Sequence record: PP920555.1 | Direction: 5' to 3' (one strand) | Origin: Escherichia phage SM_W22 | DNA: 44,245 bases | Shown here: in pieces, positions 1 through 9,442 of the stretch | How positions within the stretch are numbered: the stretch's first letter is position 1 | How the letters are laid out: every line of letters begins with the position of its first letter | Position numbers and translations under genes: made by a program | Notes under the pieces: model-generated | Told to the model about the DNA's origin: nothing | Database searches by the model: none | Seen by the model: only the letters and a program-made list of their open reading frames with translations

Positions 1-22
1 ATGTTGCCGATGGTCGGCGCAT

Positions 23-595
23 ATGAACAAAAGGGCTTATATCATGGCAGAAATCAAAGTTAAGGGCCGACGCGCCAAACTGGACGGACGAGTAGCAGTA
101 ACCCCGCGCCGTAAACCAGGCGAGCAAACCGAGCACACCAATCTCGGACCTGAAATCGAGTACGGCAAGCGCCGTAAAGGCGGAAAATGTGGACGCCCTA
201 CTGACTACCGATCCGTTTACTGCGACCAGCTTCGCCGCTATTTTGCCGACGCCGACGCCTGGCAGGTAAACTACTCCGATAAAGGCGCTGCGCAAGTAAT
301 CCCCCGCAACAAAATGCCAACCTTCGGTCGATTTGCCGCTGAAATCGGCGTAGGCGTAGCTTGCCTGTACCGCTGGGCGCGAGCACATGAGGAGTTTGCC
401 GAAGCGATGGCGGACGCAATGGAACTGCAGAAAACTTTCCTGATGGAAGCCGGTGGCGTGACCATCGCGGCAGGCTTCGCTACGTTCCTGCTTAAAGCAA
501 ACCACGGCGTCCGCGACGATGTGCCGCTGGATGACGACGAAGATGATAACGGCGACGTCGTAGTGGAACCTACCGGCAAAGGCCAGGGTGAATAA
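23..595 (+). CDS. Terminase small subunit (putative); start may be the ATG at 44
   Basis: Small basic protein with HTH-like segment and acidic C-terminus, directly upstream of and overlapping (TAATG) the large terminase gene. Confidence 0.55.
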   Translation: MNKRAYIMAEIKVKGRRAKLDGRVAVTPRRKPGEQTEHTNLGPEIEYGKRRKGGKCGRPTDYRSVYCDQLRRYFADADAWQVNYSDKGAAQVIPRNKMPTFGRFAAEIGVGVACLYRWARAHEEFAEAMADAMELQKTFLMEAGGVTIAAGFATFLLKANHGVRDDVPLDDDEDDNGDVVVEPTGKGQGE

Positions 596-1980
596 TGCGT
601 AACTATGCGGCAGAACACCGCGCACTGGAACGCGCGATCGCAAAGCGCAACCGACCGCCGCGCCCGACACGCGTTGCGCAGGCCGTCCGCCTTTACCAGC
701 CCGATTGCCTTCCCCACCAGGTTGAACTACTGCGCGACACAAAGACTAAAATCCTCGGCCTGTGTTCCGGCTTCGGCGGTGGAAAGTCGTGGGTCGCTGC
801 GCGTAAGGTCATCCAGCTTTTAACCCTGAACCCCGGTCATGACGGCATCGTTACAGAACCGACTATTCCCCTCCTGGTTAAGATCATGTATCCGGAACTG
901 GAGAAGGCATTCGACGAGGCAGGCTTCCGGTGGAAGTTCAATAAGCAGGACAAGATCTATAACGTGCTTGTGAAAGGCAAATGGACCCGCGTTATCTGTG
1001 AGTCGATGGAGAACTACACCCGCCTTATCGGGGTTAACGCCGCGTGGATTGTTGCCGATGAATTCGATACCACGAAGCAAGACGTTGCGCTGGCGGCGTA
1101 TCACAAATTGCTCGGTCGTCTGCGTGCAGGCTTTGTACGCCAGTTCGTCATAGTGTCCACCCCGGAAGGCTACCGGGCGATGTACCAGATTTTCGAGGTG
1201 GAGAAGGATAGCCAAAAGCGCCTGATCCGGGCGAAGACCACCGACAACCACCATTTACCGGCAGACTTTATCGACACGCTGCGCAGTCAGTACCCGGCTA
1301 ACCTTATTGACGCGTACCTGAACGGCCTGTTTGTCAACCTTACATCGGGCGCGGTATACAAGATGTTTAATCGCGAGGAGAACGCCAGCACCGAAGAAGT
1401 ACAACCGGAAGACACGCTGATTATCGGTATGGACTTTAACGTCACGAAAATGGCGGCGGTCGTGTATGTAAGACGGCAGCGTACCACCGAGAACAAGGAG
1501 TTCCGCGACGAGATTCACGCCGTGGATGAATTCGTGGACCTGTTTGATACCCCGGCTATGATTGAAGCGATCGAGGAGCGCTACCCCGATCATTGCGCTG
1601 CCGGTCGTGTTGTCGTGTACCCGGATAGCAGCGGCAAATCCCGCAAAACGGTTAACGCTTCGTCGTCCGATATCGCGCAACTGGAGGATGCGGGCTTCGA
1701 GGTGGAATACGACAGCGTTAACCCGCCTGTGAAAGACCGATTGATCGCGATGAATACGATGATGTGCAACTCGAAGGGCGTGCGCCAGTATTTTGTCAAC
1801 CTGGATAAATGCCCTACACTAGCGAAATGTCTGGAACAGCAGGTTTACGACCTGAAGAAAGGCGAGCCGGATAAAACCGCCGGTGTGGACCACATGAACG
1901 ATGCCGCGGGTTATCCAATTGCGCACCTGTTCCCTGTGATTCGTCCAATCGCCGTTGTTCCTACCGTAGATTTCTACTAA
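595..1980 (+). CDS. terL: Terminase large subunit
   Basis: 461 aa; Walker A-like GFGGGKS near N-terminus, nuclease-like C-terminal half; position between TerS and portal. Confidence 0.88.
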   Translation: MRNYAAEHRALERAIAKRNRPPRPTRVAQAVRLYQPDCLPHQVELLRDTKTKILGLCSGFGGGKSWVAARKVIQLLTLNPGHDGIVTEPTIPLLVKIMYPELEKAFDEAGFRWKFNKQDKIYNVLVKGKWTRVICESMENYTRLIGVNAAWIVADEFDTTKQDVALAAYHKLLGRLRAGFVRQFVIVSTPEGYRAMYQIFEVEKDSQKRLIRAKTTDNHHLPADFIDTLRSQYPANLIDAYLNGLFVNLTSGAVYKMFNREENASTEEVQPEDTLIIGMDFNVTKMAAVVYVRRQRTTENKEFRDEIHAVDEFVDLFDTPAMIEAIEERYPDHCAAGRVVVYPDSSGKSRKTVNASSSDIAQLEDAGFEVEYDSVNPPVKDRLIAMNTMMCNSKGVRQYFVNLDKCPTLAKCLEQQVYDLKKGEPDKTAGVDHMNDAAGYPIAHLFPVIRPIAVVPTVDFY

Positions 1981-1991
1981 GGAAACCGACC

Positions 1992-3512
1992 ATGACCGTT
2001 AACGTTGACAACCAGCACCCGCTCTATGCGCGCATCGCGCCAGAGTGGAAAATGATCCGTGACTGCGTAGCAGGGGAGCGCGCCGTGAAGGCGTGCGGCC
2101 CATTGTACCTGCCTCATCCCGCCAGTGGCGACAATACTGACCCGAAAGCACGGGCGCGGTATAAGGCGTACAAGCAACGCGCTGTATTCCTGAACGCCAC
2201 CGCCCGCACACTTAACGCGCTGTTAGGCGTTGCCTTTGCTAAACCGGTAAGTCTGGACCTTTCCGGGGCGATGGCTGACCTGATTGACGACGTAGACGGC
2301 AGCGGTATGCCTCTGCCGCAACTCCTGCGCGGTGCTATGTCGGAAGTGCTGCAATCAGGACGTGCGGGCTTTATGGTGGACTACGACCGCCAGGCTAACT
2401 TTGATGAACTGGGTAACGTAGTTCCGCAGACAGCCGCCGAGATGGCGTCACACCGCCCGCTTATACGCCTGTACACGGCAGAACAGATCATCAACTGGCG
2501 GCAGACCCACGGCGTCGATACGCTAATTGTGCTGAAGGAAACGGACGAAATCAGCACCGAAGACCCGGACGACTTCGCAAACCACGAAGTAACAATCTGG
2601 ACCGAGCTTCGCATGATTAATGGTGCGGCACACGCCCGCCGCTGGTACTACAACGCGGACACGTCCGAGGTGCAAATGGATTTGCCGCGTGGATTCACCC
2701 GCACCGACCTGGTGCCGCTGGTGGATGCCTCCGGTAATGCGCTTACACAACTTCCGTTTTGCTGGTGTGGTGCGGTGGACAACAACGCAACGCCTGACGC
2801 CGCTCCGCTGGCGGATATCGCGTCCATCAACATTAAGCACTACAACGCCGAAGCGGACGTCGCCGAGATTGCGCACATCGTGGGCCAACCTACCCTCGTT
2901 GCGACGGGATTGACCCAATCATGGGCTGACAAGAACCTGAAGGGCGGCATTGCCCTCGGTGCGACTAAGGGCGTTATCCTGGGCCAGAACATGGACGCTA
3001 AACTGATTCAGGCCGAGGAGCGCAACTTGTCTGTTGCGCTGTGTGAGCGTCGCGAATTGCAAATGGCTAAACTTGGCGCGGCCCTTGTCGAGAAGGGGAC
3101 CGCACCTAAGACGGCAACCGAGGCGGCCTACGATGCGCAGACTGATAACAGTATCCTGTCGCTTATCGCCGGTAACGTTGAGAAGGCTTTCAACCGTGCG
3201 CTGCAAATCGTCCAGCTATTCACGGGCGACACCGCCGACCAGCGTGTGACGCTGAATAAGTTCTACACCGAAATCACTGTTGATGCTCAGCTTATGACCG
3301 CGATGATGTCGGGGGTGCAGACTGGTACGGTCCGCCTGGCTGACTTCATCAAGTGGATGATGGCGCAGGGCGTCATAGACGACTCGCAAACCGTCGAGCA
3401 GGTGGAAGACGAATTGCGAAATCAGAATCCATTGCCTCAAATGTCCCCTGATGCGGTAGAATCTACCGAAGAAGACCCGGACAAGGTAGCGGACAATGGC
3501 GAAGACAGTTAA
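1992..3512 (+). CDS. Portal protein
   Basis: 506 aa ORF immediately after terL with acidic C-terminal tail; canonical gene order. Confidence 0.8.
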   Translation: MTVNVDNQHPLYARIAPEWKMIRDCVAGERAVKACGPLYLPHPASGDNTDPKARARYKAYKQRAVFLNATARTLNALLGVAFAKPVSLDLSGAMADLIDDVDGSGMPLPQLLRGAMSEVLQSGRAGFMVDYDRQANFDELGNVVPQTAAEMASHRPLIRLYTAEQIINWRQTHGVDTLIVLKETDEISTEDPDDFANHEVTIWTELRMINGAAHARRWYYNADTSEVQMDLPRGFTRTDLVPLVDASGNALTQLPFCWCGAVDNNATPDAAPLADIASINIKHYNAEADVAEIAHIVGQPTLVATGLTQSWADKNLKGGIALGATKGVILGQNMDAKLIQAEERNLSVALCERRELQMAKLGAALVEKGTAPKTATEAAYDAQTDNSILSLIAGNVEKAFNRALQIVQLFTGDTADQRVTLNKFYTEITVDAQLMTAMMSGVQTGTVRLADFIKWMMAQGVIDDSQTVEQVEDELRNQNPLPQMSPDAVESTEEDPDKVADNGEDS

Positions 3513-4599
3513 TCAATATTTGGCGGATCGAATGATTCGCCGTCACATCTTCACCCAGCGCCTGAGCAATGATCAGGCGCGGAGGGTGCTGGCTATGTGG
3601 GAGAAGTTCCGGCCCACTTTACTTGGTAAGCTGACCGAGTTACTTGATGGCAAAAAGTCCATGAGCAACAAGGCACTTACCTCACTGTTAACGCAACTCG
3701 ACAAGACCGTCAAAACGGAACTGCGCGCCGAGTTTAAAGTGCTGGCGGAGAGCCTTCAGGAGTTCGCCGACACCGAGGCTGATTATCTCGCGGACACACT
3801 AACGGCAGCGATCCAGCCCGCTGTCGCCGTACCCGCTGTTGAAGTAGTTGGCGTTGTTACCGGCGCGCAGATTGCAGCGACGGCAATGAAAAACCCGTTC
3901 CAGGGTAATACTATGATGCAATGGCCTGATTCCCTTTCCGAGTGGACCAGGACGCAGATCGGGAATCAGGTGCGCGCCGGATTCATCCAGGGCAAGCCAA
4001 CGATGGAAATTATCGCGGACGTGAGGCGCGCGCTCGGCGGTCGTAGTGCGCAAGCAATCTCAAGCGTTGTTAAGTCCGCGGTCAACCACTATGCGGCGAC
4101 CGCCCGCGAATTAATGGTAAAAGCTAATGACGATATTCTCGAAGGTCGCCAATGGTTGGCTACATTGGACACGCATACTTCTCCCATGTGCCAGCTACGC
4201 GATCGCCTGTTTTATCCGGTTGATGTTACTCCCGACACCAAAGGAAAACGCGGCGGGAAAATGGTGGCTGGGTCACAATATGGCGCTGGTCCGGGCAAGC
4301 TGCATTATTGCTGCCGTTCGACGGAGACGTGGAAAGTCAAAGGTATGGAAGATTGGCCCAGTGGTAAGCGTCCGGCACTGAAGGCTGACGCGGGCCGATT
4401 GCTGAGTGAGCAGGTCGACGCGCAGACTGATTTCTTCTCCTGGGTGCAGCGCCAGCCGCGCCATATCCTGGAAGAATTATATGGAGTGCAACGCGCCGAC
4501 CAGATTATGCGCGGCGTGAAAGTGCCGAAGATGTTTACCGATTCTGGCGAACTGATGACTATTGCACAGCTTAAAAACCGGGGGTTATGGCGTGATTAA
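3496..4599 (+). CDS. Head morphogenesis protein (SPP1 gp7 / Mu F-like)
   Basis: 367 aa ORF overlapping portal stop; position and size typical of minor head/morphogenesis protein. Confidence 0.6.
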   Translation: MAKTVNQYLADRMIRRHIFTQRLSNDQARRVLAMWEKFRPTLLGKLTELLDGKKSMSNKALTSLLTQLDKTVKTELRAEFKVLAESLQEFADTEADYLADTLTAAIQPAVAVPAVEVVGVVTGAQIAATAMKNPFQGNTMMQWPDSLSEWTRTQIGNQVRAGFIQGKPTMEIIADVRRALGGRSAQAISSVVKSAVNHYAATARELMVKANDDILEGRQWLATLDTHTSPMCQLRDRLFYPVDVTPDTKGKRGGKMVAGSQYGAGPGKLHYCCRSTETWKVKGMEDWPSGKRPALKADAGRLLSEQVDAQTDFFSWVQRQPRHILEELYGVQRADQIMRGVKVPKMFTDSGELMTIAQLKNRGLWRD

Positions 4600-4900
4600 A
4601 TATGCAGCGATCGGACTGGTTATCGGTCTGGTGGTAGGATTCTGGCAGGGTGATTCCTACCGCGCTGCCGTTGTGGCGAGAGCAGCGCAAGAAGCGCAAG
4701 CGAAAGCCCAACGGCAGCAAACTAAGGTTGTCGAGGGGGCAGTGCAGGAAGAACAGGCCCGCGATGTGGAATACCGGACTATCACGAAAGAGGTTGTGAA
4801 ATATGTTACGCGTCCTAACCGTCCTGATTGCAGTTTTGATGCTGAGCGCGTGCGGATCAAGCAAAGCGCCATTGATGCCGCTAACCGAGTCGGTCTATAG
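4562..4900 (+). CDS. i-spanin (Rz-like); probable true start at GTG near 4592
   Basis: N-terminal hydrophobic TM segment (AAIGLVIGLVVGF) followed by charged coiled-coil region (AAQEAQAKAQRQQ); contains embedded lipoprotein ORF in +1 frame. Confidence 0.6.
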   Translation: MHSLKTGGYGVIKYAAIGLVIGLVVGFWQGDSYRAAVVARAAQEAQAKAQRQQTKVVEGAVQEEQARDVEYRTITKEVVKYVTRPNRPDCSFDAERVRIKQSAIDAANRVGL

Positions 4901-5033
4901 ACCGCCTTGCACCTTTGAGAATGCCTCGGCAGATCCAGACGAAGACTTGCTGGTTGATGTTAAGAATATGGAGTGTGGTGCGAAGCTGCGGGCGCAAGTG
5001 CTGGAGTTGCAGAAAATAATTCGGGGGCCGTGA
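4803..5033 (+). CDS. o-spanin (Rz1-like outer membrane lipoprotein)
   Basis: Signal peptide with lipobox LSAC, proline-rich mature part with Cys; overlaps i-spanin in different frame. Confidence 0.65.
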   Translation: MLRVLTVLIAVLMLSACGSSKAPLMPLTESVYRPPCTFENASADPDEDLLVDVKNMECGAKLRAQVLELQKIIRGP

Positions 5034-5048
5034 TGGCCCCCTTTCGTT
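5023..5048. terminator. Bidirectional intrinsic terminator between convergent genes
   Basis: GGGGGCC-gtgat-GGCCCCC hairpin followed by TTTCGTT; sits between plus spanin stop and minus ORF stop. Confidence 0.7.
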
Positions 5049-5811
5049 AGCGCGGAATACCGCAAATCTCGTTTAGTGTTTTCACGTCCAGCGCCACCGC
5101 CGTGGACTTCGGCTTGTCCGGGTAAGGAATGAACTGTTCAACTTCGGGCCACGCCTTGATCAGCTTCTTATCTGTATTGTGCATATCCAGCACGCCGGTA
5201 ACAGTTAGTTTGAACGCGTCATACTTAGCACGCAACTCACGGCGGGCCTTGTCGTTACGGTCCAGGCGCTTACAGAAATCATGGTCCGCCGGGTAGTCTA
5301 TACGACCGCGTGGCATATATATCGGCAGCGCTTTCCCGTCGTCATCGACTTCGCACACTGACGCTAACAAAATTTCCTCATACCCAGGCACAATATCGCC
5401 GAGATCGGGAGACAGTTTATTCATGTATTTATACTCCCCGTATCCGCGATATACTCGGACTCGGTGTCCGTCTCCGCTCAATGACACGGTACGGACGTTT
5501 CCGCCTGCGTTGATTTCGAAAGTGGCGTCGTAAACGCTGCCTACACCATATGGGCTGTCGGCGTCATGTCTATACGTCGCCTTGTTGGTGTACACACAGA
5601 CGCCGTACATCTGCGACGGGTCACCGCCGATTGCTGCAATGCGCTCACGTAGCTCGGCGAACGAATGAATGCCTTCCGGCATACAGTCCATCGTAATGGC
5701 GTACGCCAGATTTCGAGAGTCCATCATGATTGATTTGGCTTCGGTCGCGATTTCGTGGTCGCGCAGGATGTTAGCCAGAATCTGGTTTTTAATGTCTTTT
5801 GTCAGTCTCAT
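5047..5811 (-). CDS. Hypothetical protein (moron, opposite orientation to structural genes)
   Basis: 254 aa ORF with protein-like composition on minus strand inside plus-strand late module; no motif recognised. Confidence 0.55.
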   Translation of the reverse strand: MRLTKDIKNQILANILRDHEIATEAKSIMMDSRNLAYAITMDCMPEGIHSFAELRERIAAIGGDPSQMYGVCVYTNKATYRHDADSPYGVGSVYDATFEINAGGNVRTVSLSGDGHRVRVYRGYGEYKYMNKLSPDLGDIVPGYEEILLASVCEVDDDGKALPIYMPRGRIDYPADHDFCKRLDRNDKARRELRAKYDAFKLTVTGVLDMHNTDKKLIKAWPEVEQFIPYPDKPKSTAVALDVKTLNEICGIPR

Positions 5812-5854
5812 TTTTGTGTCCTCGTTGTTGGGGCTTTCGCCCCTGTTGGTTTAG

Positions 5855-6373
5855 TTAAAGTGCTTCTAGAATCTCGTAAAACTTATTTGCCAGCGCTTGG
5901 CGGCGTTCGAATTTTTCAGTGATAACCAATTCCGGGCGGTTAAATAGCTTTGCGTGGGTGTTCCAATTGAGGATTTCCGTTTCCATTATTTTCTTCCTGT
6001 CCAGCGCTTGGCGGCGTTCGAATTTTTCAGTGATAACCAATTCCGGGCGGTTAAATAGCTTTGCGTGGGTGTTCCAATTGAGGATTTCCGTTTCCATTAT
6101 TTTCTTCCTGTTGTAGTCGGTGTTTTTGATGCTAAATTCCTTGATAGCGTCATTAAGAAAATCAGTCATACACTCAACGTCTGTTCTCTTAACTTCGAAC
6201 GTACGGGACTCGATTGGGCTATTTGTGCGAAGTACGACGACTCCGCCGTGGTAGGTGTCGACTACCATATACTTATAAGTCACCCCATCCCACTCCGGAT
6301 CGAAAGGGCGCCCAAATACGTCGTCGGCTTTCCACACTTTCTGGTACGGTGTTTCTTTAATTAATGTTGGCAT
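5855..6373 (-). CDS. Hypothetical protein with internal 37-aa tandem duplication (moron)
   Basis: Track ORF 5855..6826 trimmed to Met at 6373 (upstream part is antisense of scaffold gene region); repeat KKIMETEILNWNTHAKLFNRPELVITEKFERRQAL occurs twice. Confidence 0.55.
   Translation of the reverse strand: MPTLIKETPYQKVWKADDVFGRPFDPEWDGVTYKYMVVDTYHGGVVVLRTNSPIESRTFEVKRTDVECMTDFLNDAIKEFSIKNTDYNRKKIMETEILNWNTHAKLFNRPELVITEKFERRQALDRKKIMETEILNWNTHAKLFNRPELVITEKFERRQALANKFYEILEAL
5890..6111. repeat. Perfect tandem direct repeat, 2 x 111 bp, in frame within minus-strand ORF
   Basis: Bases 5890-6000 and 6001-6111 read identical base for base; duplication also visible in translated ORF. Confidence 0.9.
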
Positions 6374-6401
6374 CTTGTTTACCTTCATATCTCTGTTGGT
6401 G

Positions 6402-6424
6402 TGCAACCAATATATGCAACCAAT
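6402..6424. promoter_or_regulatory. Two direct copies of TGCAACCAAT motif in divergent intergenic region
   Basis: TGCAACCAAT at 6402-6411 and 6415-6424, between minus moron start (6373) and scaffold start (6528). Confidence 0.4.
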
Positions 6425-6527
6425 ACGAGGATTGCAAGCGAATTTTGCGATTATTTTTATCACTGATAATATTAGAGGCGTGAAGTCGAGCGGGTGGCCT
6501 GCTCTGCCACAATCCCAGGGGGATAGC

Positions 6528-7232
6528 ATGAAACTTACTAAAGCAGAATATGACGCGTTGCCGGAAGGTATGAAGGCGCTTTTTGTTGCCGATGGCGACG
6601 GGTATAAATCAACTTTCATGACCGCAGAAGAAGTACAGGCGGAAATCAAGGGTCTGAAAGACAATAACGCGAAGCTGGTGAGCGAGAAGAAAGCAGAAGC
6701 CGAACGCCGCGCCGAAGCTGAGCGCCTTGCGAAAGAGAAAGAGGAAGCCGCCGCGCGCAAAAATGGCGACCTCGAAGCGATCGATAAATCCTGGAAGGAT
6801 AAGTTTGCGAAACACGAAGCAGACACATCTGGAAAAATCGAAGCCTACCGCAAGCAGATCCACGATCTAACCATCGGCAGCGCTGCCAAAGACCTGGCAT
6901 CGAAGCTGTTCGGTAAGAATGCTGGCATCATGCAACGTCACGTTATGGACCGCCTGACGCTGGAAGACGGCGAAGACGGCAGCTTGAAAGTGCGTGTCTT
7001 GCAGGATGGCAAACCGTCCGCGCTGACTATGGAAGAGCTTGAAAAAGAGTTCCGTAATAACGCCGATTTTGCATCCGTCCTGGCTGGCACGCCAGCCGGT
7101 GGCGCGCCTAGCAAACCGACGCAGGTTGTCGAAGATGTGAAGTCGAAAATCACTATGGGCCATAGCTTCGGCATCACTGACCTTACGAAACAGGCAGGTG
7201 ATATCATCGCTAAGATGGGCGACGACGAGTAA
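6528..7232 (+). CDS. Scaffolding protein (putative)
   Basis: Track ORF trimmed to Met preceded by AGGGGGA; K/E/A-rich coiled-coil protein immediately upstream of major capsid gene. Confidence 0.6.
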   Translation: MKLTKAEYDALPEGMKALFVADGDGYKSTFMTAEEVQAEIKGLKDNNAKLVSEKKAEAERRAEAERLAKEKEEAAARKNGDLEAIDKSWKDKFAKHEADTSGKIEAYRKQIHDLTIGSAAKDLASKLFGKNAGIMQRHVMDRLTLEDGEDGSLKVRVLQDGKPSALTMEELEKEFRNNADFASVLAGTPAGGAPSKPTQVVEDVKSKITMGHSFGITDLTKQAGDIIAKMGDDE

Positions 7233-7236
7233 GCAG

Positions 7237-7260
7237 ATTGCCCGCGAAAGCGGGCAATTT
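7237..7260 (+). terminator. Intrinsic terminator after scaffold gene
   Basis: TTGCCCGC-gaaa-GCGGGCAA hairpin followed by TTTT. Confidence 0.6.
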
Positions 7261-7329
7261 TGCGAGCGCGTAAATCTAAGGTAACATTAACGTCACTGGG
7301 CGAATGCTCACAACTCAAAGGATTTCGAT

Positions 7330-8430
7330 ATGTCTTTAACAGTGTTCCAGCGTAAACTCGTTACCGCGGTTACGCAAATGATCCCCGACAACCTGAACGT
7401 TTTCAACGCCGCCGCCAATGGCGCTGTTGTTCTCGGTACTGGTGAAGTGCTGAAGGATGTTATTGAGAAAATGTCCGTAGGCTTGATCGCCAACCTCGTT
7501 ACCGACCGTAACGCCTACGCCCCTGTCGGCACTCCGGCAACCGCGAAAGTTCTGGCGCGTATGCTGACCAACTCGGTTAACCTTTCCGCAAAAGTGGGTC
7601 CGGTAGCAATCACTAAGGCTATGATGGCTAAGATCGAAACCAACGTTAACAGCGTTGCGGCTGAGATTGCGGCACAGGCTACTCAAGCGATTATGCTGCA
7701 CTACCTGAAAGCTGGTATCGGCGCAAGTAAAGCGGCGATCGAAAGCAACGCAGCGGCAAAATACACCCAACCGGCGCGCGTTGATGGTGTTGGTGGTCGT
7801 ACCTTCCCGACCCTGGCAGACTTCCCGCTGGCGGCTTCTAAGTTCGGCGATCAGGCGTCTTTGATTAAGTCCTGGTTTATGGACGGCGTTACCTGGGCAA
7901 ACTTCATTGCGTACCAGGCACTCCCTTCCGCTGAACAGGTATTCGCAATTGGCGATCTACAGGTAATGGGTGATGGCCTGGGCCGTCGATTCATTATCTC
8001 CGATGCCGCTGCCGATGCTATGGGCGCTGGTAACATGCTGGGTCTGGTCCCTGGCGCGGTTGCAGTTACCACCAACGGCCTCGATATGCTGGCGCAGGAG
8101 AAAGGCGGTAACGAGAACATCGAACGCTGGTGGCAGGGCGAGTTCGACTTCAACGTGGCCGTTAAAGGCTACCGTCTGAAGGCGTCCGCTCGTACCCCGA
8201 TCGAAGGTGTGCGCTCGTTCAAACTGGACGATATTACCACTTCCGCTAACTGGGAACTGGACCAGGGCCAGGTAGACAACGCACCGGCAACCGTGCAGGA
8301 CGTTGGCGCTGTGGGTGATGGCGATACTAAAGGTCGTCGTAAGACCCCGGCCGCACAGGCAGTGCCTACCCGTCACATCAAGGAAACCGCTGGCGTACTG
8401 GTTACGCTGACGGCGACTACCGCGTCTTAA
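7330..8430 (+). CDS. Major capsid protein
   Basis: 366 aa ORF after scaffold, followed by strong terminator; size and position typical. Confidence 0.75.
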   Translation: MSLTVFQRKLVTAVTQMIPDNLNVFNAAANGAVVLGTGEVLKDVIEKMSVGLIANLVTDRNAYAPVGTPATAKVLARMLTNSVNLSAKVGPVAITKAMMAKIETNVNSVAAEIAAQATQAIMLHYLKAGIGASKAAIESNAAAKYTQPARVDGVGGRTFPTLADFPLAASKFGDQASLIKSWFMDGVTWANFIAYQALPSAEQVFAIGDLQVMGDGLGRRFIISDAAADAMGAGNMLGLVPGAVAVTTNGLDMLAQEKGGNENIERWWQGEFDFNVAVKGYRLKASARTPIEGVRSFKLDDITTSANWELDQGQVDNAPATVQDVGAVGDGDTKGRRKTPAAQAVPTRHIKETAGVLVTLTATTAS

Positions 8431-8447
8431 CGGGCGCACATCCCAAA

Positions 8448-8474
8448 TGGGCGGGCTTATGCCCGCCTTTTTTA
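8448..8474 (+). terminator. Intrinsic terminator after major capsid gene
   Basis: GGCGGGC-ttat-GCCCGCC hairpin followed by T8. Confidence 0.85.
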
Positions 8475-8488
8475 TAGGAGTGAATCTA

Positions 8489-8989
8489 ATGTATGGCGAC
8501 CCGCAAACCTTTGTCGATTATGCCGATGCGCGAGGCATTGAAATTACGCTGGGCGACGCAACGCGACACCTTACCATCGTTAATGACTTCCTTAACGGCA
8601 TCAACTGGATCGGCGAACAGGCGGACCAGACAGGAATAGACGCATGGCCCCGCATCAATTACCCATCGGACGGGAAGCCGGTGCGCGACACGCTAACCGA
8701 AGTCGTGGCGGTAGTGCCCGCCGGGCAGATCGTAGATTTTGCATCAATCCCCATTGCCGTCGAGCAAGCCGTTTACAGGTTGGCGATGTTGGTGGCGGAC
8801 GAGGTCGATATTTCTCCTGTTGGCAGTGGTAAGGAGACTATCCGCGAAACTGTCGGCCCGATCACGATGGAATATGACCCTGCGACGATTGGTAGCGGTG
8901 TCTCGTTCCCGTGGTGGGATGGCTTGCTGGGTCACTGGATTGGCTCAGACGGCAACGCAGCGGGTAATTTTGATGTATTCCGGGGGTAA
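8489..8989 (+). CDS. Putative head-tail connector / head completion protein
   Basis: Track ORF trimmed to Met with AGGAG RBS; position after capsid gene. Confidence 0.4.
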   Translation: MYGDPQTFVDYADARGIEITLGDATRHLTIVNDFLNGINWIGEQADQTGIDAWPRINYPSDGKPVRDTLTEVVAVVPAGQIVDFASIPIAVEQAVYRLAMLVADEVDISPVGSGKETIRETVGPITMEYDPATIGSGVSFPWWDGLLGHWIGSDGNAAGNFDVFRG

Positions 8990-9087
8990 TATGAATCCTG
9001 CATTACTGGCGGCTATTATCGCCGCAAATACTAAACGCCAACCAGAACCAGCGCCAGAACCGGAACCACCGGTACAGGAGGATGATA

Positions 9088-9441
9088 ATGGCGGGCTTTA
9101 ATTACGCGGGGTTAAAGCGGAAAGTCAATCCGCTGATTAAAAAGTTCGGCATGACGGCTACGGTGACGCGTCCGGGGTCGGTTGACCGCGTAGACGGCGA
9201 CGAAGTGATAATCCCGCCAACGTCGTTCGACGTCATCGGTCTTCGAGAGGAGTACAAGCCGAGCGAGATCGACGGGACGCGTATCGTTGCCGGTGATGTG
9301 AAGTTTTTGTGTCAGGCCGTCAAGCAGGTAAAGGTCGGGGATTTGGTTAGCCTGAACAATACAGACTACCGGGTTATCAATTCCAACCCACTGCAACCGG
9401 CGGGGACGACCATGCTGTTTCAACTACAGCTAAGGGGCTAA
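9088..9441 (+). CDS. Putative head-tail joining protein
   Basis: ORF with AGGAGG RBS about 10 nt upstream; position in neck gene block. Confidence 0.4.
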   Translation: MAGFNYAGLKRKVNPLIKKFGMTATVTRPGSVDRVDGDEVIIPPTSFDVIGLREEYKPSEIDGTRIVAGDVKFLCQAVKQVKVGDLVSLNNTDYRVINSNPLQPAGTTMLFQLQLRG

Positions 9442-9442
9442 C

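Noticed and set aside
5855-6826. Full-length 323-aa minus-strand ORF
   Set aside because: The N-terminal 150 aa are Ser/Ala/Arg-rich low complexity and antisense to the scaffold gene region; a Met with RBS at 6373 gives a plausible 173-aa protein, so only the trimmed ORF is annotated.
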